A stretch of 64,000 bases of DNA from Eledone cirrhosa (Eukaryota). The notes beneath the pieces were generated by a model. That model did not search any database. It had not been told where the DNA came from and saw only the letters and a list, made by a program, of their open reading frames with translations. The position numbers were made by a program, and so were the translations under genes. This document shows positions 1-14,327 of this stretch, in pieces; positions within the stretch are counted from its first letter, which is position 1, and every line of letters starts with the position of its first letter. The stretch covers positions 72,974,001 to 73,038,000 of the forward strand of contig OZ024740.1 in the NCBI GenBank assembly GCA_964016885.1, in the 5' to 3' direction.

Positions 1-270
1 TCAAAGACGGCGTGTGAGTGTTCAACAGGAGATAAACAAAAAGTAATTTCCAGGCAAGAACCAATTATTGGATTTCAGCAAAGATGTCCTAAAGTTTTTT
101 CCATTCGGTCAGCACGCATATATGATTTCAGGTCTGTAACATTTTTACAGGGACATTTACATAGACTACATTTCCAGATTTCCAAGTTTACAGGAACGAT
201 TTGAATCCTGCGATGTCTTAGCTGAAAAGTTGCAATGAAGACATTGATAGTTTGCAGGAACGGGGTGTTT

Positions 271-1320
271 TCAATTTACATACAACTGGTCTTGATGACA
301 ATTACGTTCTTCTTCTCTACTCCTATTGTTGGCAACATTTTCCCAGCAATTAATATTCATATTCAGACATTTCAAATTGTCCATAAGCTTATCTTTATAG
401 CGAAGTAGGGGTTGGCCTACTTTTCTACGAGAACCTTTAAGTTGACCAAATAAGACTTGCTTTGGGATTATTTCATCATTCATTCTCAAAACGTGGCCAC
501 ATCATCGTTTTTGGAAATTGATCAAGAACGTTTCTATTCCAGAAATATTACATTGCGATAGCAATTTGCTATTTTTTACTCTGTCATCCCTTTTTACACC
601 ACAGATCTACCTTAAACACCTCATATGGAAACTATTCATTTGATTTATGTGTTTGTAATAGGGAGTCCAGGCTTCTGCCCCATAAAAGAGAGTTGTAAGA
701 ACTACAGCTTTATAGATATCAACTTTTGTTTTAATTGACACATTGTGAGTGTTCCATACTGTACCATAAAGCTTATCAAAAGCTGAACTTGTATTTCCTC
801 TGCGTATTTTAGTTTCCTTAACTAACTTTGCATTACAAGGTATAGTTGATCCAAGGTATGAAAAACTATTAACTATCTTCAGAGTTTTGCCTTCAACATA
901 AATCCGTGGTTTCAACATAGACCCGAGTTTTGATATCCTGGCCTTGGTTGAAACATGAGTTCAGACATTTTTATGCTTATTATTAATTCGAAAGTTCTAG
1001 CTGCTGAAGCAAACATAACAACAACGAACTCCATGTCTCCTAGGGAGTGTACAAGTAATGCACAGCCATCTGCAAAGAGAAAATCGCATAACGTTTCATA
1101 CGCTATTCTAGTTCTTGCTTTGAAGCGTTGCTGATTGAAGATGCACCCTGTCATTTAATATTGCAATAAGACACTTTCAGTAACGTCTGAAAAAGCATAT
1201 TGAAGCATTAGGCAAAATGCACTGGGGCCAATACACATCCTTGTTTTGTACTATTTTACATATCAAATGAGTGAGTGTTCACCGTTAGAGTATACAAAGG
1301 CTTCTATGTCTTTACGTAAG
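271..1320 (-). mobile_element. Degenerate RTE-clade (BovB-like) LINE, RT and C-terminal region, frameshifted
   Basis: Consecutive minus-strand ORF pieces read CDFLFADGCAL (FADD-like), LKIVNSFSYLGST, TKVDIYKAVVLTTLFYGAEAW and RMNDEIIPKQVLFGQL..GQPLLRYKD. These are typical RTE ORF motifs. Confidence 0.9.
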
Positions 1321-1344
1321 AATATAATGACCTTAACACTTCCT

Positions 1345-1525
1345 CGTGTCAGTAATCAACATAAACTATAATGTTCTCTTATGCAAACCATTAATTTATC
1401 AAAACACAAAATTTCCAGTTTGTATGATTGTTCATATATTTAGTAATCATGGTATATATGGCAAACCTATCCTGGATTCTAAAAATGAAATACGTTCAAC
1501 ATATTGCCGTTATTATAGACAACGC
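1345..1525 (+). repeat. Unclassified dispersed repeat; diverged inverted copy at ~29768-29938
   Basis: The segment cgtgtcagtaatcaacataaactataa...attgccgttattatagacaa aligns by eye with the reverse complement of 29768-29938. Confidence 0.7.
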
Positions 1526-2779
1526 GGGTTCATTCGTAAAAAAAAAACAGCACCGGAAAGTAACGGAAAGAACCGAAAATACTGAGAATTCTCTGACGAT
1601 CTCTTTGATTGCAAAAGAAAAAAAAAAGGAAAAAATAGCTGGTTCTAAAAATCGATGTTATCGTAAACCATAATAATATTTATTTATTTATTCATTTATT
1701 TTCTGACTGTAACTTTCTATGTAACGCAAGAAGTTATTACAGTCCACATAGCTCAGTGGTACCTATTGTATTTATGGTACAATCTAAACTATAATAAAAT
1801 AAGAAGCGCGGGACTGCATACGGTTTATAATTTTTTATCCCATTAATAAAATAAGTTGGATTACTTTGAATAAATAATGAATGAACATTACATAATTTAT
1901 CTACTAAATTTCGTGGCTGTTCATTAAATATATTTTATTATTTATTTAAAGATTCACTTCTTTAAAATTTTCAAATGTCAACACTTCCAGTGGCGATCGC
2001 TTAAAAAAATATATTAATTTTCTGTCACTAATTTTCTCCTAATGCAGTTTATATATAATATCTTTTTTTTTAATGTATCATGGATTACGTCACTGAGTAC
2101 ATAAGACAGTGTAACACAGTCTTCGTTCAATTACGATTATATTTTATGTATCATATCTACATCTATATATACTTGCGTATAATATCAATATACACACTAC
2201 ACATGCTAGCAGAAAACCACTTGAAGGGTGGTTTTTCTGCTAGTTTCAATAAATAACTTAATAAAATAAATTTCTCTATATTGTCAGTTCAGGCTTCTGT
2301 CTGCTACTGGTACCATGTAACCCAGTATAACCTGCTCCATGATCAAGTGTTCGGTGACTAATCCGGCTCCCCCACCAGAACATGGCCTGATGACTAGGAT
2401 AAGTGGAATCCCAGCAGAACAAAGAAAAAGAGCTGTAAAAAGGGCGGATGAACTCCTCGGAGTTAACGGTCATCCACACCAACTATGGTTTAAATATCAC
2501 AACCAACAGTTGGCCAAGCGTAGTGAGTACGGCTACATTCCTGACAAGACCAAAACCAAACAGAAACTGGTGGAGGTCAACCAGGTAGGGGTTCCTCCAA
2601 CAGAAGTGAGAAGGCCATGGATTGGGATTGGATGTTTTAAAATTAAATTTGGTAGTGATAGAATATTTTCATATTAAAACCATTCTACATATATTCTGTA
2701 CAATACCAATCATAATAGTATAAAACATTCGAGTTTTGTTGAATATTAAATTCAAGGTAAGATATTTTTCTTATTATAC

Positions 2780-3445
2780 TAATAATGGTTTCTAATTTAA
2801 GAACAAGGCCAGCTATTTTCTGAGGAAGGGAAAATCGATTATATCGACTTTAGAATTTAACTGGTATACTAATGGTTTCTATTTTAGACTAGTGGCCAGC
2901 CACCCTACGAGGAAGGGTAAATCAGTTAACAACGATCCCATTAATTTACTGGTATCTTATTTCAATCAGCCAGCAACACTAGATGAAAAGTCAAAGCTGA
3001 TAACACTGGTACTTTTCACAAGGCCAACCTTGTAGGAAGGGTAAAGTCTATAATACCGATCCCAGTACTTGACCCCAGTACTTGACTGCTACTTTATTTT
3101 ATCAACCACTAGAAGGATGGAAGGCAAAATTGATTTCAGTAGAATTTGAAACTAGAAGATAGAGAGCCGTACAAAATAGTGCAATACATTTCATTTGACT
3201 CATTAACTATTTTACTAAACTACCAACTCTGCTAATCTAAATAATTGTTTCTACATTTGGCACAAGGCCAGCAATTTGAAAGGAAGGGGAAAGTGAATTA
3301 AATCGACCTCAGTTCGTTACTGGTACTTTATTTCATCGACCCGTTGGGATAAAAGGTAAAGCTAACATCGGCGGGATTTGAACTCAGAACGAAAATGGGC
3401 GTAGCTATATACCGCTCTACCGATACTGCCAATCTACCACCCTTG
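2780..3445 (-). mobile_element. Cluster of tRNA-derived SINE family A copies/fragments (best copy 3240-3445)
   Basis: Recurring tgtttctac..ggcacaaggccagc..actggtactttatt..tcgacc..aaaggcaaag..ggcgggatttgaactcag; reverse complement carries B-box GAGTTCAAATCC. Confidence 0.85.
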
Positions 3446-4341
3446 CTAATCTAAATAATAAGTTCCAAGCGAGTATGAGTTCCAGACATATCTCCGGGCA
3501 TTGACTCAATTAACAAGACTCCACTCCTGTAAATGTATGGTTATATCTCTTATTTCTTTATTTCTTAACACTGTATATCTTTGAAACTGTACATCTCTGA
3601 AACTTCTCTTATTTGGACATTAATTTCCGCTCTTTGCTAACGTTGGATTATCCAAACTGAATTTTTACTGCACAAATTTTCCATTCTCCACTCCTTCTAC
3701 CTCGTTCACAAGACTGAAAGGAATGTATGCACGTATAACTGTATGATAGGTGCAGCTGTTTTCACTAAAATATAACATTCAATCGAATTTAAACATGATA
3801 TAAAGGAATAATATATAAAACATCTCCCAGGTATTCATCTGGAGGGAGTTAAGTTAATTACAACCGAATCAATCTTCCTATAATGCAAATTAGAAAATGT
3901 ATGTAAATCGAAAACATTTGACACTATTCTATTATTTTTTTCTTTTTCTATTGGAAATTTTCTAAAATATTTGACCAGTGAAATATCAGAGAAATCTTCA
4001 GTCCTCCCTCTCGCCTCCAGGGTAAATAGAAATATCCTTTCCAATCAAAGAAAAAAAAAAAGGTTTTCTAATAAATAATACACTCCCAAATTTAGTCATT
4101 CCTGCGGCTTCAAATCTAATCTATTGATTTTATTCAATATTCGGGTATGTATAATTATGACTGTTTTTCTGTCAATAAGTGCGTCTATAAACCAAGTGGA
4201 GAAATTTATGCACACGAGAAAAACATGTACGTAAACAAATAAAGAAACGAAAAGTATATAAGATATAATAAAATGCTTCGTATCTACATAATTATCTTGC
4301 AGTCATTTATATTTATCTGTCCTTTCATTTGCCTATTACCA

Positions 4342-4434
<93 letters not shown>

Positions 4435-4649
4435 GCACACACACAGAACATTTGTTATAAATAATGACTGTTTACTTCTGCGAAACATCGAAGTTAGTGT
4501 AAGTAACAAATATCATACTAATTCTATACATACTCCTTCATTCAGTGCATGGCTAGTGATTATTTCAAAATCCCATAGCCTCATATGCATATGGGGGCTG
4601 TGTAATTTCGCTCAACTTGAAAGTAGAATTAAAATTTACCTCCGAAATA

Positions 4650-4698
<49 letters not shown>

Positions 4699-4960
4699 AT
4701 ATATATATATATATACAAAATTACAATAACAACAAACACATATAAACACACGCTATTGAACAAAGATAGAATACGAAAACAAAAACACATACACTCAAAC
4801 GCGAACACACACACCAAACATTATACACACATATATATATATATATATGTGAGTGTCTATGTATGTATGTATGTATGTATGTATGTATGTATGTATGTAT
4901 GTATGTATGTATGTATGTATGTATGTATGTATGTATGTATGTATGCATATATGTATGTAT

Positions 4961-5346
4961 GTTCTTCTGGTTTTATAATTTCACAAATGTTTACCAATAG
5001 AGAGAGAGTCGGTTTCTAACATAGACACAAGACTCTCTCATTGGAATTTATACAACATCAACTAGGTAGATATGTATGTATGTCTGCATGTGTAGATATG
5101 GATGTTATTGTATGTGTGGATGTGGATGTTTTGAGTTGTATGTGTGCATGTGTATATGCTTTGTATCTGTACATGTGTATATGCAGTTATTAGATTTTGG
5201 AATGTTTTACATATTTTTACTGTTCCATTAATGGATTGTACTTGTAATTTCCTAACTAGTTGTGTGCTTTCTCTTCCCATGAAGTCTAGCTTCTCAAGAT
5301 GTGTATTGAGGCAGTTACTAACATACCCCAGTGCCCCAATAATCAC
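4961..5346 (-). mobile_element. 3' fragment of R4/Dong-like (RLE-type) non-LTR retrotransposon inside a (TATG)n array
   Basis: IIGALG...QLVRKLQVQSINGTVKICKTF plus a 3'UTR nearly identical to 43660-43973; (TATG)n on both sides. Confidence 0.85.
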
Positions 5347-5599
5347 GTATGTATGTAATCATGTAATCATGTATGTATGTATGTATGTATGTATGTATGT
5401 ATGTATGTATGTATGTATGTATGTATGTATGTATGTATGTATGTATGTATGTATGTATGTACAACCTGTCTCATGGTCGGGACGTTGGCGACTAAACTGG
5501 CAACCACACCAAGGTTTCTTGGTGAGGAGGGTGACTTTGGACATCCTGCAGGACTAAAAACAAAACCTGTCAAAGGGCAAAGGAGCTCTTAAGAGTCAA

Positions 5600-5815
5600 T
5601 GACCATCCAAAATAATCGGGAGAGATGACCCCTTAGCCTTTGTCAAGGCAGAATTCTAGGAGAAGGAAAACTCTGATATAACACTTGCAACCCTGATGGT
5701 ATCCAATGATGTTGACTTGTTCTTCTTTTTGGTAAATATCATCTTGGTTAAGAGAGTGGGACTGGCTTTGTGTAGTGCCTTTGCTCACTATAAAAGCTTC
5801 ACGGCACAGGCATTG
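5600..5815 (+). repeat. Dispersed repeat resembling an RTE 5' region; second copy ~7210-7430
   Basis: Both copies share ccc(t)tagcc(t/c)ttgtca..ggca..ttctaggagaagg..aactc..gatgatgttga..gagagtggga.tggct..gcacaggcattgc. Confidence 0.6.
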
Positions 5816-6081
5816 CTTTATATCTGGAGATCTCTCTGCACTTGTCCTCACATGGTACCATGGGCCCAGCACTATGTGTCAATAATTGTCACAAGTGTAG
5901 TGTTTGTACCAGAGTTTTCAATACGCTGGCTGGACTAAAAAGTCACACTCGTTCAGCGCATCGGTAGGCGTTCTCCTACATGGATATAAAGTAGTGGCCG
6001 TACTCGAAAACGAGTTGGCAGCCACCATATATATGTATATATATATGTATATATATATATATATGTATATATATATGTGTG

Positions 6082-6132
<51 letters not shown>

Positions 6133-6161
6133 GTGTATATATATATGTATATATATGTATA

Positions 6162-6208
<47 letters not shown>

Positions 6209-6240
6209 ATATATGTGTATATATATATATATATTTTTAA

Positions 6241-6275
<35 letters not shown>

Positions 6276-6714
6276 TTTTTTTTATTTTATTTTATTTATT
6301 TATTTTTATTTTTATTTTTATTTTTATTTTTTTTATTTTTTTATTTTTTTTTATTGTGCAATGGCCATACTCGATAACGAGGGGGCAGCCATCATATATA
6401 TATATATGTATGTATATATATATGTATATATATATAAATATATGTATGTATATATGTATATATATATATATGTATGTATATATATATATGTGTATATATA
6501 TATTTATATGTATATATATATATATGTATGTATATATATATGTATGTATGTATATATGTATATATATATATATATGTATGTATATGTGTATATATATATA
6601 TATATGTATGTATATGTATATATATATATATATGTATGTATATATATATATATATATGTATGTATATATATATATATGTATATATATATATGTATATATA
6701 TGTATATATATATG

Positions 6715-6751
<37 letters not shown>

Positions 6752-7756
6752 GTATATATATATGTATGTATGTATATATATATGTATGTATGTATATGTA
6801 TATATATGTATATATATATGTGTGTATGTATATATATATATATATGTATGTATATATATGTGTATGTATATATATATGTGTGTATATATATATGTATATA
6901 TATATATGTATATATGTATATATATGTGTATGTATATATATATGTGTGTATATATATATGTAGATATATATATGTATAAAAAGTCACACTCGTTCAGCGC
7001 ATCGGTAGGGGTTCTCCTACATGGATATAAAGTAGTGGCCGTACTCGAAAACGAGTTGGCAGCCACCATGTATGTATGTATGTATGTATGTATGTATGTA
7101 TGTATGTATGTATGTATGTATGTATGTATGTATGTGTATTCATATGTATGTATATGCGCGGGGCCATAGAAATAATCGGACTGGATACCCGATCGCGCGG
7201 TTAAACCACTGGGAGTGAAGAACCCCTAGCCCTTGTCAGGGCATTCTTCTAGGAGAAGGCAACTCAAGAAACTGGGATAACTCCGACATAAAACCTGCGG
7301 CTCAGTAGTTACCGATGATGTTGATCTTTTCTTCTTTTCGGGTTATAGCTACTGTCGCTCAGAGAGTGGGATTGGCTCAGTGCACAGTCATTCCTCACTT
7401 TAAAAAAATCTTCACGCACAGGCATTGCACGATAACATTAATTGATAACTATTAATAATGTTATATCGTTCAATGGCCATACTCGATAACGAGGGCACCG
7501 CCATCATGTATGTATATAGGTAGGTATGTAGGTAGGTATGTATGTATGCAAGCATGTATGTTTCTATGTATGTATATATGTCTAGATACATAACTCATTA
7601 TGTAGGATATATAACTATTTAGAACCCGGTGTAATTTTGAAGTGAATATATATATATATATATAATGGAAAAATTTGAACAGGAACAAAACAGAGAGGCA
7701 GTATAACAACGAATGTTTATTAATTTCACGCTCTGGAGAGTGGGGTGGTGGTGGGG

Positions 7757-7790
7757 AACGACGTTTCGGGCATAAGCCCTTCCTCAGGTG
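7757..7790 (-). ncRNA. Minimal hammerhead-like core (stem I poor) at the end of a ~1.5 kb CA-rich segment
   Basis: Minus strand reads CTGAGGA-A-GGGC ttat GCCC-GAAA-CG-TC. Confidence 0.55.
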
Positions 7791-9336
7791 AGAAGTGTGT
7801 GGGAACAGAGTTCAAAGGGTGTGTAGGGGAGTGGTGGAGAGACATATAGCGAAAGGAAACGGTGCGAATGAAATTAAAAATAAAAATAAAAATAAAGCAT
7901 GATCAAAATAAACTGAAATTAAAAAGGGGTAAAACAGGTGGTGGAAGGGTGTGGGGTGTGTAGGGGTGGTGGCGGGTGGAGGGGTGAGAGGGAGACGGGG
8001 TGTCCGAGCGGGGAGGGCTGAAGGTGGTGTGTGTGTGTAGGTGTACATGTGTGTGTGTGTGTGTGTGTATGTGAAAGTAAGGGTTGGGGGAAGAACGGGG
8101 TTGCATGTTCAGGAAGAGGTGTGTGTGTGTGTGTGGGGGGGGGGGGGGGTTGTAGATCGGAGTGTCTGTGCGTGTGTGGATAGAGGGGTTGGGGGAGAGG
8201 AATCAGGAGGCTGAGGGTGTAAATATGTGGTGGAAAGCCCGTGTATGTGGGGTTTAAGCGTGCTGTGGGTGTAGGTGGCGTGTGGGAGAAAAAATTGTTT
8301 TTGGGTGTGTGTGTGGGTGAGTTATATAGGTGATTCCGGAAGAGGATGGTTGCAATGTTGGTAAACTCCTATGATGTTAGTAGATTCCGTGGTGGTCAAG
8401 TTCCACATACGAGTATTCCATGAAGAGATGGTCGGAAGAGGAGAGATGTGGGGTGCGCGCGCAACAGGAAGTGGTCAAGCGGTGGGAGTGCTGTGTGTAT
8501 GTTTGTGCTGGGAGGTGATCAGAGGGCATAGCAGCAGTCGGGTGGAATGGTAAAGGGGCGAGGATGGGTAGGTGTGAAAGTTGGAGTGAGGAAGGTGTGT
8601 GTGTGTATTAGTAGAGGTGTTAGTGGGATGAGTGAGTGTGGAGCGAGGGTGTGGGTGGAGCGGGGAGAGAAGGGTGTGTGTGGTTCTATGGAGGGAGTGT
8701 GGTGTACTGGTGTGTGTGTAGTTTGATGAAGGGGGTGTTAGTGGGTGTTAGTATACGGGAGGTGGGGAAAGGGTTGAATGCAGGTGTGAGTGGGGGTTAG
8801 TGGTGGTAGGGTGTGTAGAGTTGGTGGTGTACGAGGGTGTGTGGGTACGTGTGCGTGGGGTTGGGGGGTGTTAGTGATGTTAGTTGCGTGTGGGGTGGGT
8901 GGTGTAAGTGGGTGCGTGTGTTCGTGTGCTTGGAGTCAGGGGGTGTTAGTGAGGTTAGTTGCGGGGTGGTGGGATGGAGGTGTGGGGGTGAGGGTTAGTG
9001 GTGGTAGTAGGGTGTGTGTTTAGTGTGAGCGCGTGTATATATGTGCCGGTGGGTGTGTGCGTGTGATAAGGAGGGGGGAGGAGAAGAAGGGAGGGATGTT
9101 AGTATGTTAGTTTGTTAGTTGGGGAAGGGTGGTCGGATGAGGGGTGGAGTGGAGGTGTTAGTATTGTTAGTTGTGGGGTGGGCGGTGAAAAGGAGGGGTG
9201 TGTTAGTGGTGTTAGTGGGGGATATGTGTGGGGGGAGGGGGGGCGGTCGAAGGCTAAAGGAATAGGGGTGGGGAGTTCAGGCCGGGGGGAGTGTGGGTCT
9301 GTAAGATGAAGATATAGTTCTTTATATATATATACA

Positions 9337-9388
<52 letters not shown>

Positions 9389-9425
9389 TTATTCAGAATA
9401 GACATTCACATGATCAAAATAAATG

Positions 9426-9487
9426 TTTTATTATATACGTTTCGAAGGTACTGTGGTGTTTTTTCAGTACGTCCTCGTCAGATAAAA
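9426..9487 (-). ncRNA. Type I hammerhead motif within fold-back element ~9390-9635
   Basis: Minus strand reads TTTTAT-CTGACGA-ggacGTACTG...CAGTACcttc-GAAA-cgtata-TA-ATAAAA. Confidence 0.6.
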
Positions 9488-10016
9488 TACATGAATTGAT
9501 GTATGACATACCTGAATGGAAAAATTGATGTATGACATACCTCAACTGAAAAAACACAGTGCCTTCGAAGTATATATAATAAAACATATATTTTGATTAT
9601 GTGAATGTCTTCATTTATTAATATTCTGAATAATATTAATAACTCCAGAAAACTTCTTTGTAGAGTGCTTTTAATCTATTGTAAAACTATATTCATTGAG
9701 TAATCAATGAACCATATTAATCTTTGGTCATATATATATATATATTAAAAAATGAAGTTTTTTTTTCAAAATGAAAAAAAACGAGATGTCCTACACGAGT
9801 GAAAGTATAAGGAAAAAAGATGAAATCGAAAATGCAACTGGAGTTTTTTTAAGAATATTATTTGGTTCCTTTACCGGTTTCGCAGTTCTTATGTTTTTCA
9901 AAAGTTGAATTGAGATGGATGGTTTGTGGTTTTCTCGCATCTGCGAGAAAAACCACAAACTCCAGAAATAACCGTCGAGTCGGCTTGAGCTCTGCCGTCG
10001 GGATCCTGAACCTTTT

Positions 10017-10084
<68 letters not shown>

Positions 10085-10098
10085 CATATATGTATACA

Positions 10099-10139
<41 letters not shown>

Positions 10140-10170
10140 GTATATATATATGTCTATATATATTTATATA

Positions 10171-10317
<147 letters not shown>

Positions 10318-10617
10318 TAGGTTTACATATTTTGGTATGTTTATGTACATTTTTTCTTCTAACTTTGATTTTGTACCTAATTGTGTATGGTTGGCTATAT
10401 GTCTAACCAATTTCTACAGGCTATTAGAAATACTAGGTAAATCTTCTGTGGCTGTTGATCGCGGATTAAATAGCTATCATTTATTTATCTATTGTTTCTT
10501 CATAGATACATTTTAAACTTATAGCCTCGTTTAATTGATTTTTTGTATGGTTAATTATGGTGATTGGGAGGAGAAATACTGTATATATTTTATCAAATGA
10601 TTCTATGGACTTACTTT

Positions 10618-10735
<118 letters not shown>

Positions 10736-10869
10736 ACGAAGGAAATGTGGTAAGGAACCAGGTGGACCATAACGTACCAAAGTACTCAATACTTAGGGTA
10801 GTAGAGTGGGTAATAGGAACAAGTAAGACCTCGACGGCTGAGCTCAAGCCGTTTCGACGGCTAATTCTG

Positions 10870-10936
<67 letters not shown>

Positions 10937-10946
10937 CATATATATA

Positions 10947-11009
<63 letters not shown>

Positions 11010-11014
<5 letters not shown>

Positions 11015-11965
11015 TTGCGAGGTTTTTTATATGAAATTGTGTGTCGAAACAAATATTATTATACTTGGGGCGGGTCATATTGGTGTAATAATATTGCCAG
11101 AATTAATAACAGAACACGCTCACTGTTTGGTTGGTTTTCGCTTCTGTATCTTTTATATCAGTTAATTTATTCGGTCCTCAATGTTTACCATTGACTGACC
11201 AACGGTCAAAAATACAGATATAATATAGACACACGCACATATATATAGTCTAAGAAAGTTCTTTCGTTGCACATATGCAACATCGTCAGTGGTGCTATTA
11301 TGTTATGCTAACATGACGGTAACATAGACAACATAGAAATTAAAATAATATCTAAACATAGAAATGACCCAGCAGATAGGCAAATCAGTGAGGCAAGTGA
11401 AATAGAACTTAGAAGGCCAAAGCTAAACAGAAAAGATGAATGGAATAACAACAGCACCCAAACAATACTGAGCTAAGATAAATATAAATAATTAAATAAA
11501 TAAATATATACACAGGCACAATAACAACAAACACATATAAACAAACACTAGTAAACTAAGATAGAATACAATAACCAAAACACAGTCACCCAAACGCGAA
11601 CACACATCAAACTCTATACACACACGCAAACGCATGCGCAGAGAAGACAAAAATAAATAAATAAATAAACAGATTAAATAAAGATGGCGTAGACATTCGA
11701 TACAACAGGAGGAAACATAATAGCACCACTGACGATGTTGCAGATGTGCAACGAAAGAACTTTGTTAGACTATATATATGTATGTGTGTCTATATTATAT
11801 CTGTATTTTTGACCGTTGGTCAGTCAATGGTAAACATTGAGGACCGAATAAATTAACTGATATAAAAGATACAGAAGTGAAAACCAACCAAACAGTGAGC
11901 GTGTTCTGTTATTAATTCTGGCAATATTATTACAACAATATGACCCGCCCCAAGTATAACAATAT
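11010..11965. repeat. Element with ~250-bp inverted arms (~11053-11304 and ~11715-11965), each with a partial HHR core
   Basis: Arms are near-perfect reverse complements. CTGACGA-T-GTTGCA gatg TGCAAC-GAAA lies at 11729-11756 with a mirror at 11262-11289. Related pieces at ~28895-29010 and ~54700-54732. Confidence 0.85.
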
Positions 11966-12183
11966 ATATATATATATATGAAACACAAAATTTGTTTTCG
12001 TTTCAACACAGCAGATACGTAAATACATTCGTAAGTTTTATATCGAATAATATATTATAATCATATTTTAAATATTATTATAATATGAGCAAACAGTCTC
12101 AAAATGTCATGTGTTTTAGACGACTATTATCTCCTTTTGTTCTAGCGGTAGCATGTTCTAGTGTGTGTCACAAAATAAGATAC

Positions 12184-12228
12184 ACAATCTTGACAAGGGG
12201 CAATAACCCTGAAACAATTATTGATTGT
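12184..12228 (+). ncRNA. Decayed minimal hammerhead (core TTGACAA) between short inverted repeats
   Basis: ACAATC-ttgacaa-GGGG caataa CCCT-GAAA-caatta-TT-GATTGT. Inverted repeats at ~12111-12156 and ~12235-12280. Confidence 0.55.
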
Positions 12229-12463
12229 TTCTCCATGCTACCGCTAGAAGAAAAGGATGACGATAGTCGTCTAAAACACACGGAGTTATAAGGCTGTTTG
12301 CTTGCAAACGAATCGAATATTAATAATATTATTATTATTTAATATAAAATTCACGAATACATATATATGAGATAATATATACACACATGTATAGACACAC
12401 ACACACAGGCATATATATATATATGCATATATATGTATATATATACACATATATATATACACA

Positions 12464-12536
<73 letters not shown>

Positions 12537-12999
12537 GCATGTGTATGTAATATATACATAACTGTAGTGAGATGAAATTAGAAAGACCTTATATTATTTC
12601 AATTTTAGAATGTCTTTTATAATGGCTACTTCCATTTGAACTGTTGTTGTATGTTTGATGGAAGAGAACTAAAAACCTGGGATTGTTCAAGGTGAACACT
12701 TATAGCGTTTTAGACAAACAATTATACGAATTAAAACGCCCAAAGAAATATACAGTTTAGACGGAAAACAGTGAAACACGAAGCAAAATAATGTAAATCA
12801 CAAACTATTGCTTCGGCTTGAAAAAAAAACAACAAAGAAATAGACAGAAAAGACAAAATATAAATTGCTAAAAAATAAATAAAATTATATCATTTATATA
12901 AATATATAATCTATATAAATTATATAATTACATAACAGCGTTTACTTAATGGGTTTTGAATGAATAGTGGTTACAAGTCAGGTATTATACAAATGGGGA

Positions 13000-13210
13000 A
13001 GATGCGTGGCTTAATAGTTACGGTATTCGGCTCAGGATCGTAAGGTGGTAAATTCGATTCCTGGTTGATCGATTCGATTTGTGTCCTTGAGCAAGACTTT
13101 ATTTCACGACGCTCCAGTCCATTCAATTAGCAGTTCAGTCACTTGCACGTTAATTTTACGAGAGGACTGTTCTGTTGATCGTATTAAGTGGAACACTCCT
13201 CGTCGTAAAC
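13000..13210 (+). mobile_element. tRNA-derived SINE family B; minus-strand copies at ~45828-45940 and ~47470-47590
   Basis: A-box-like gcgtggcttaatagtt and B-box-like ttcgattcc, followed by gtgtccttgagcaagac. Confidence 0.7.
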
Positions 13211-13768
13211 GACTGAGTGCCAATTATACAAATTACTTCTCTGGTTGTATCTACAAATACGACTATGCCGGTGAAATATTAGATTTCTGTAGTAAATAAG
13301 AAGCCTCGTTAGTCTTTTATTCTTAATCAGTTATTAGACAGTGGCCATAAGGGAGCAGTGCTGTAAAGGGACAATAAGTACTGAGGTCATATCGACCTCA
13401 GTACTTATTGTTTTATAGTCTTCTATTTATTTCATCGATCTTACTGTATTATTGAAATAAACAGTAAATGTAGATACAGATACAGACACACAAACACATA
13501 CACACAGCACACACACACGCACGCACACACCACACACACGCACGCACACACCACATACGCACACACACACCACACACACGCGCACATACACACCACACAC
13601 ACGCACACACACACTGCAAACACACACACACACACCACACACGCACACACACACCACACACACGCATACACACACCACACACACACACAACACACACACA
13701 CACCACACACACACACACACCACACACACACACACACACACATACCACACACACACACCAAACACACA

Positions 13769-13812
<44 letters not shown>

Positions 13813-14327
13813 GAACATACACAGATATACAGACAGACACACACATATCAGACCAACGACGGAGCCTCTACACTCTATATTACATCCTGCTAGAGATGGC
13901 AGCCAAATTCTCACTCAAACAACACAACTTACTCAACAACAACAAGAAAACAACAACAACAGCTGAAGCAACGACAATAGCAACATCATCATCAACACTA
14001 ACATCAACAACACAATGACACCACCACCACAGCCGCCGCCACCACCACCACCACAACCAACAGCAGCAACAACAATATCCTCAGCACACCATCATCATGA
14101 CCATCACCAACAACAATATCCTCATCATCATCATCACCAACAAGAACAACATCAGCAACACCTACATCATCATCAACACTAACACCAACAACATAACGTT
14201 ACCACCATCACCACCACAACAACAACATCAACAGCACATCATCATCATCATCATCATCACCACCACCAACAACAGAAGCTGTAACACTAACACCTACAAC
14301 ATCACCATGACAATAACATCAACACCA

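Noticed and set aside
1588-1640. CTGACGA followed by A-rich sequence as a hammerhead
   Set aside because: No convincing stem II closure, stem III or stem I partner.
2205-2247. Hairpin ctagcagaaaaccac/gtggtttttctgctag as a terminator or ribozyme
   Set aside because: The inverted repeat is real, but it has no catalytic core and bacterial terminator logic does not apply.
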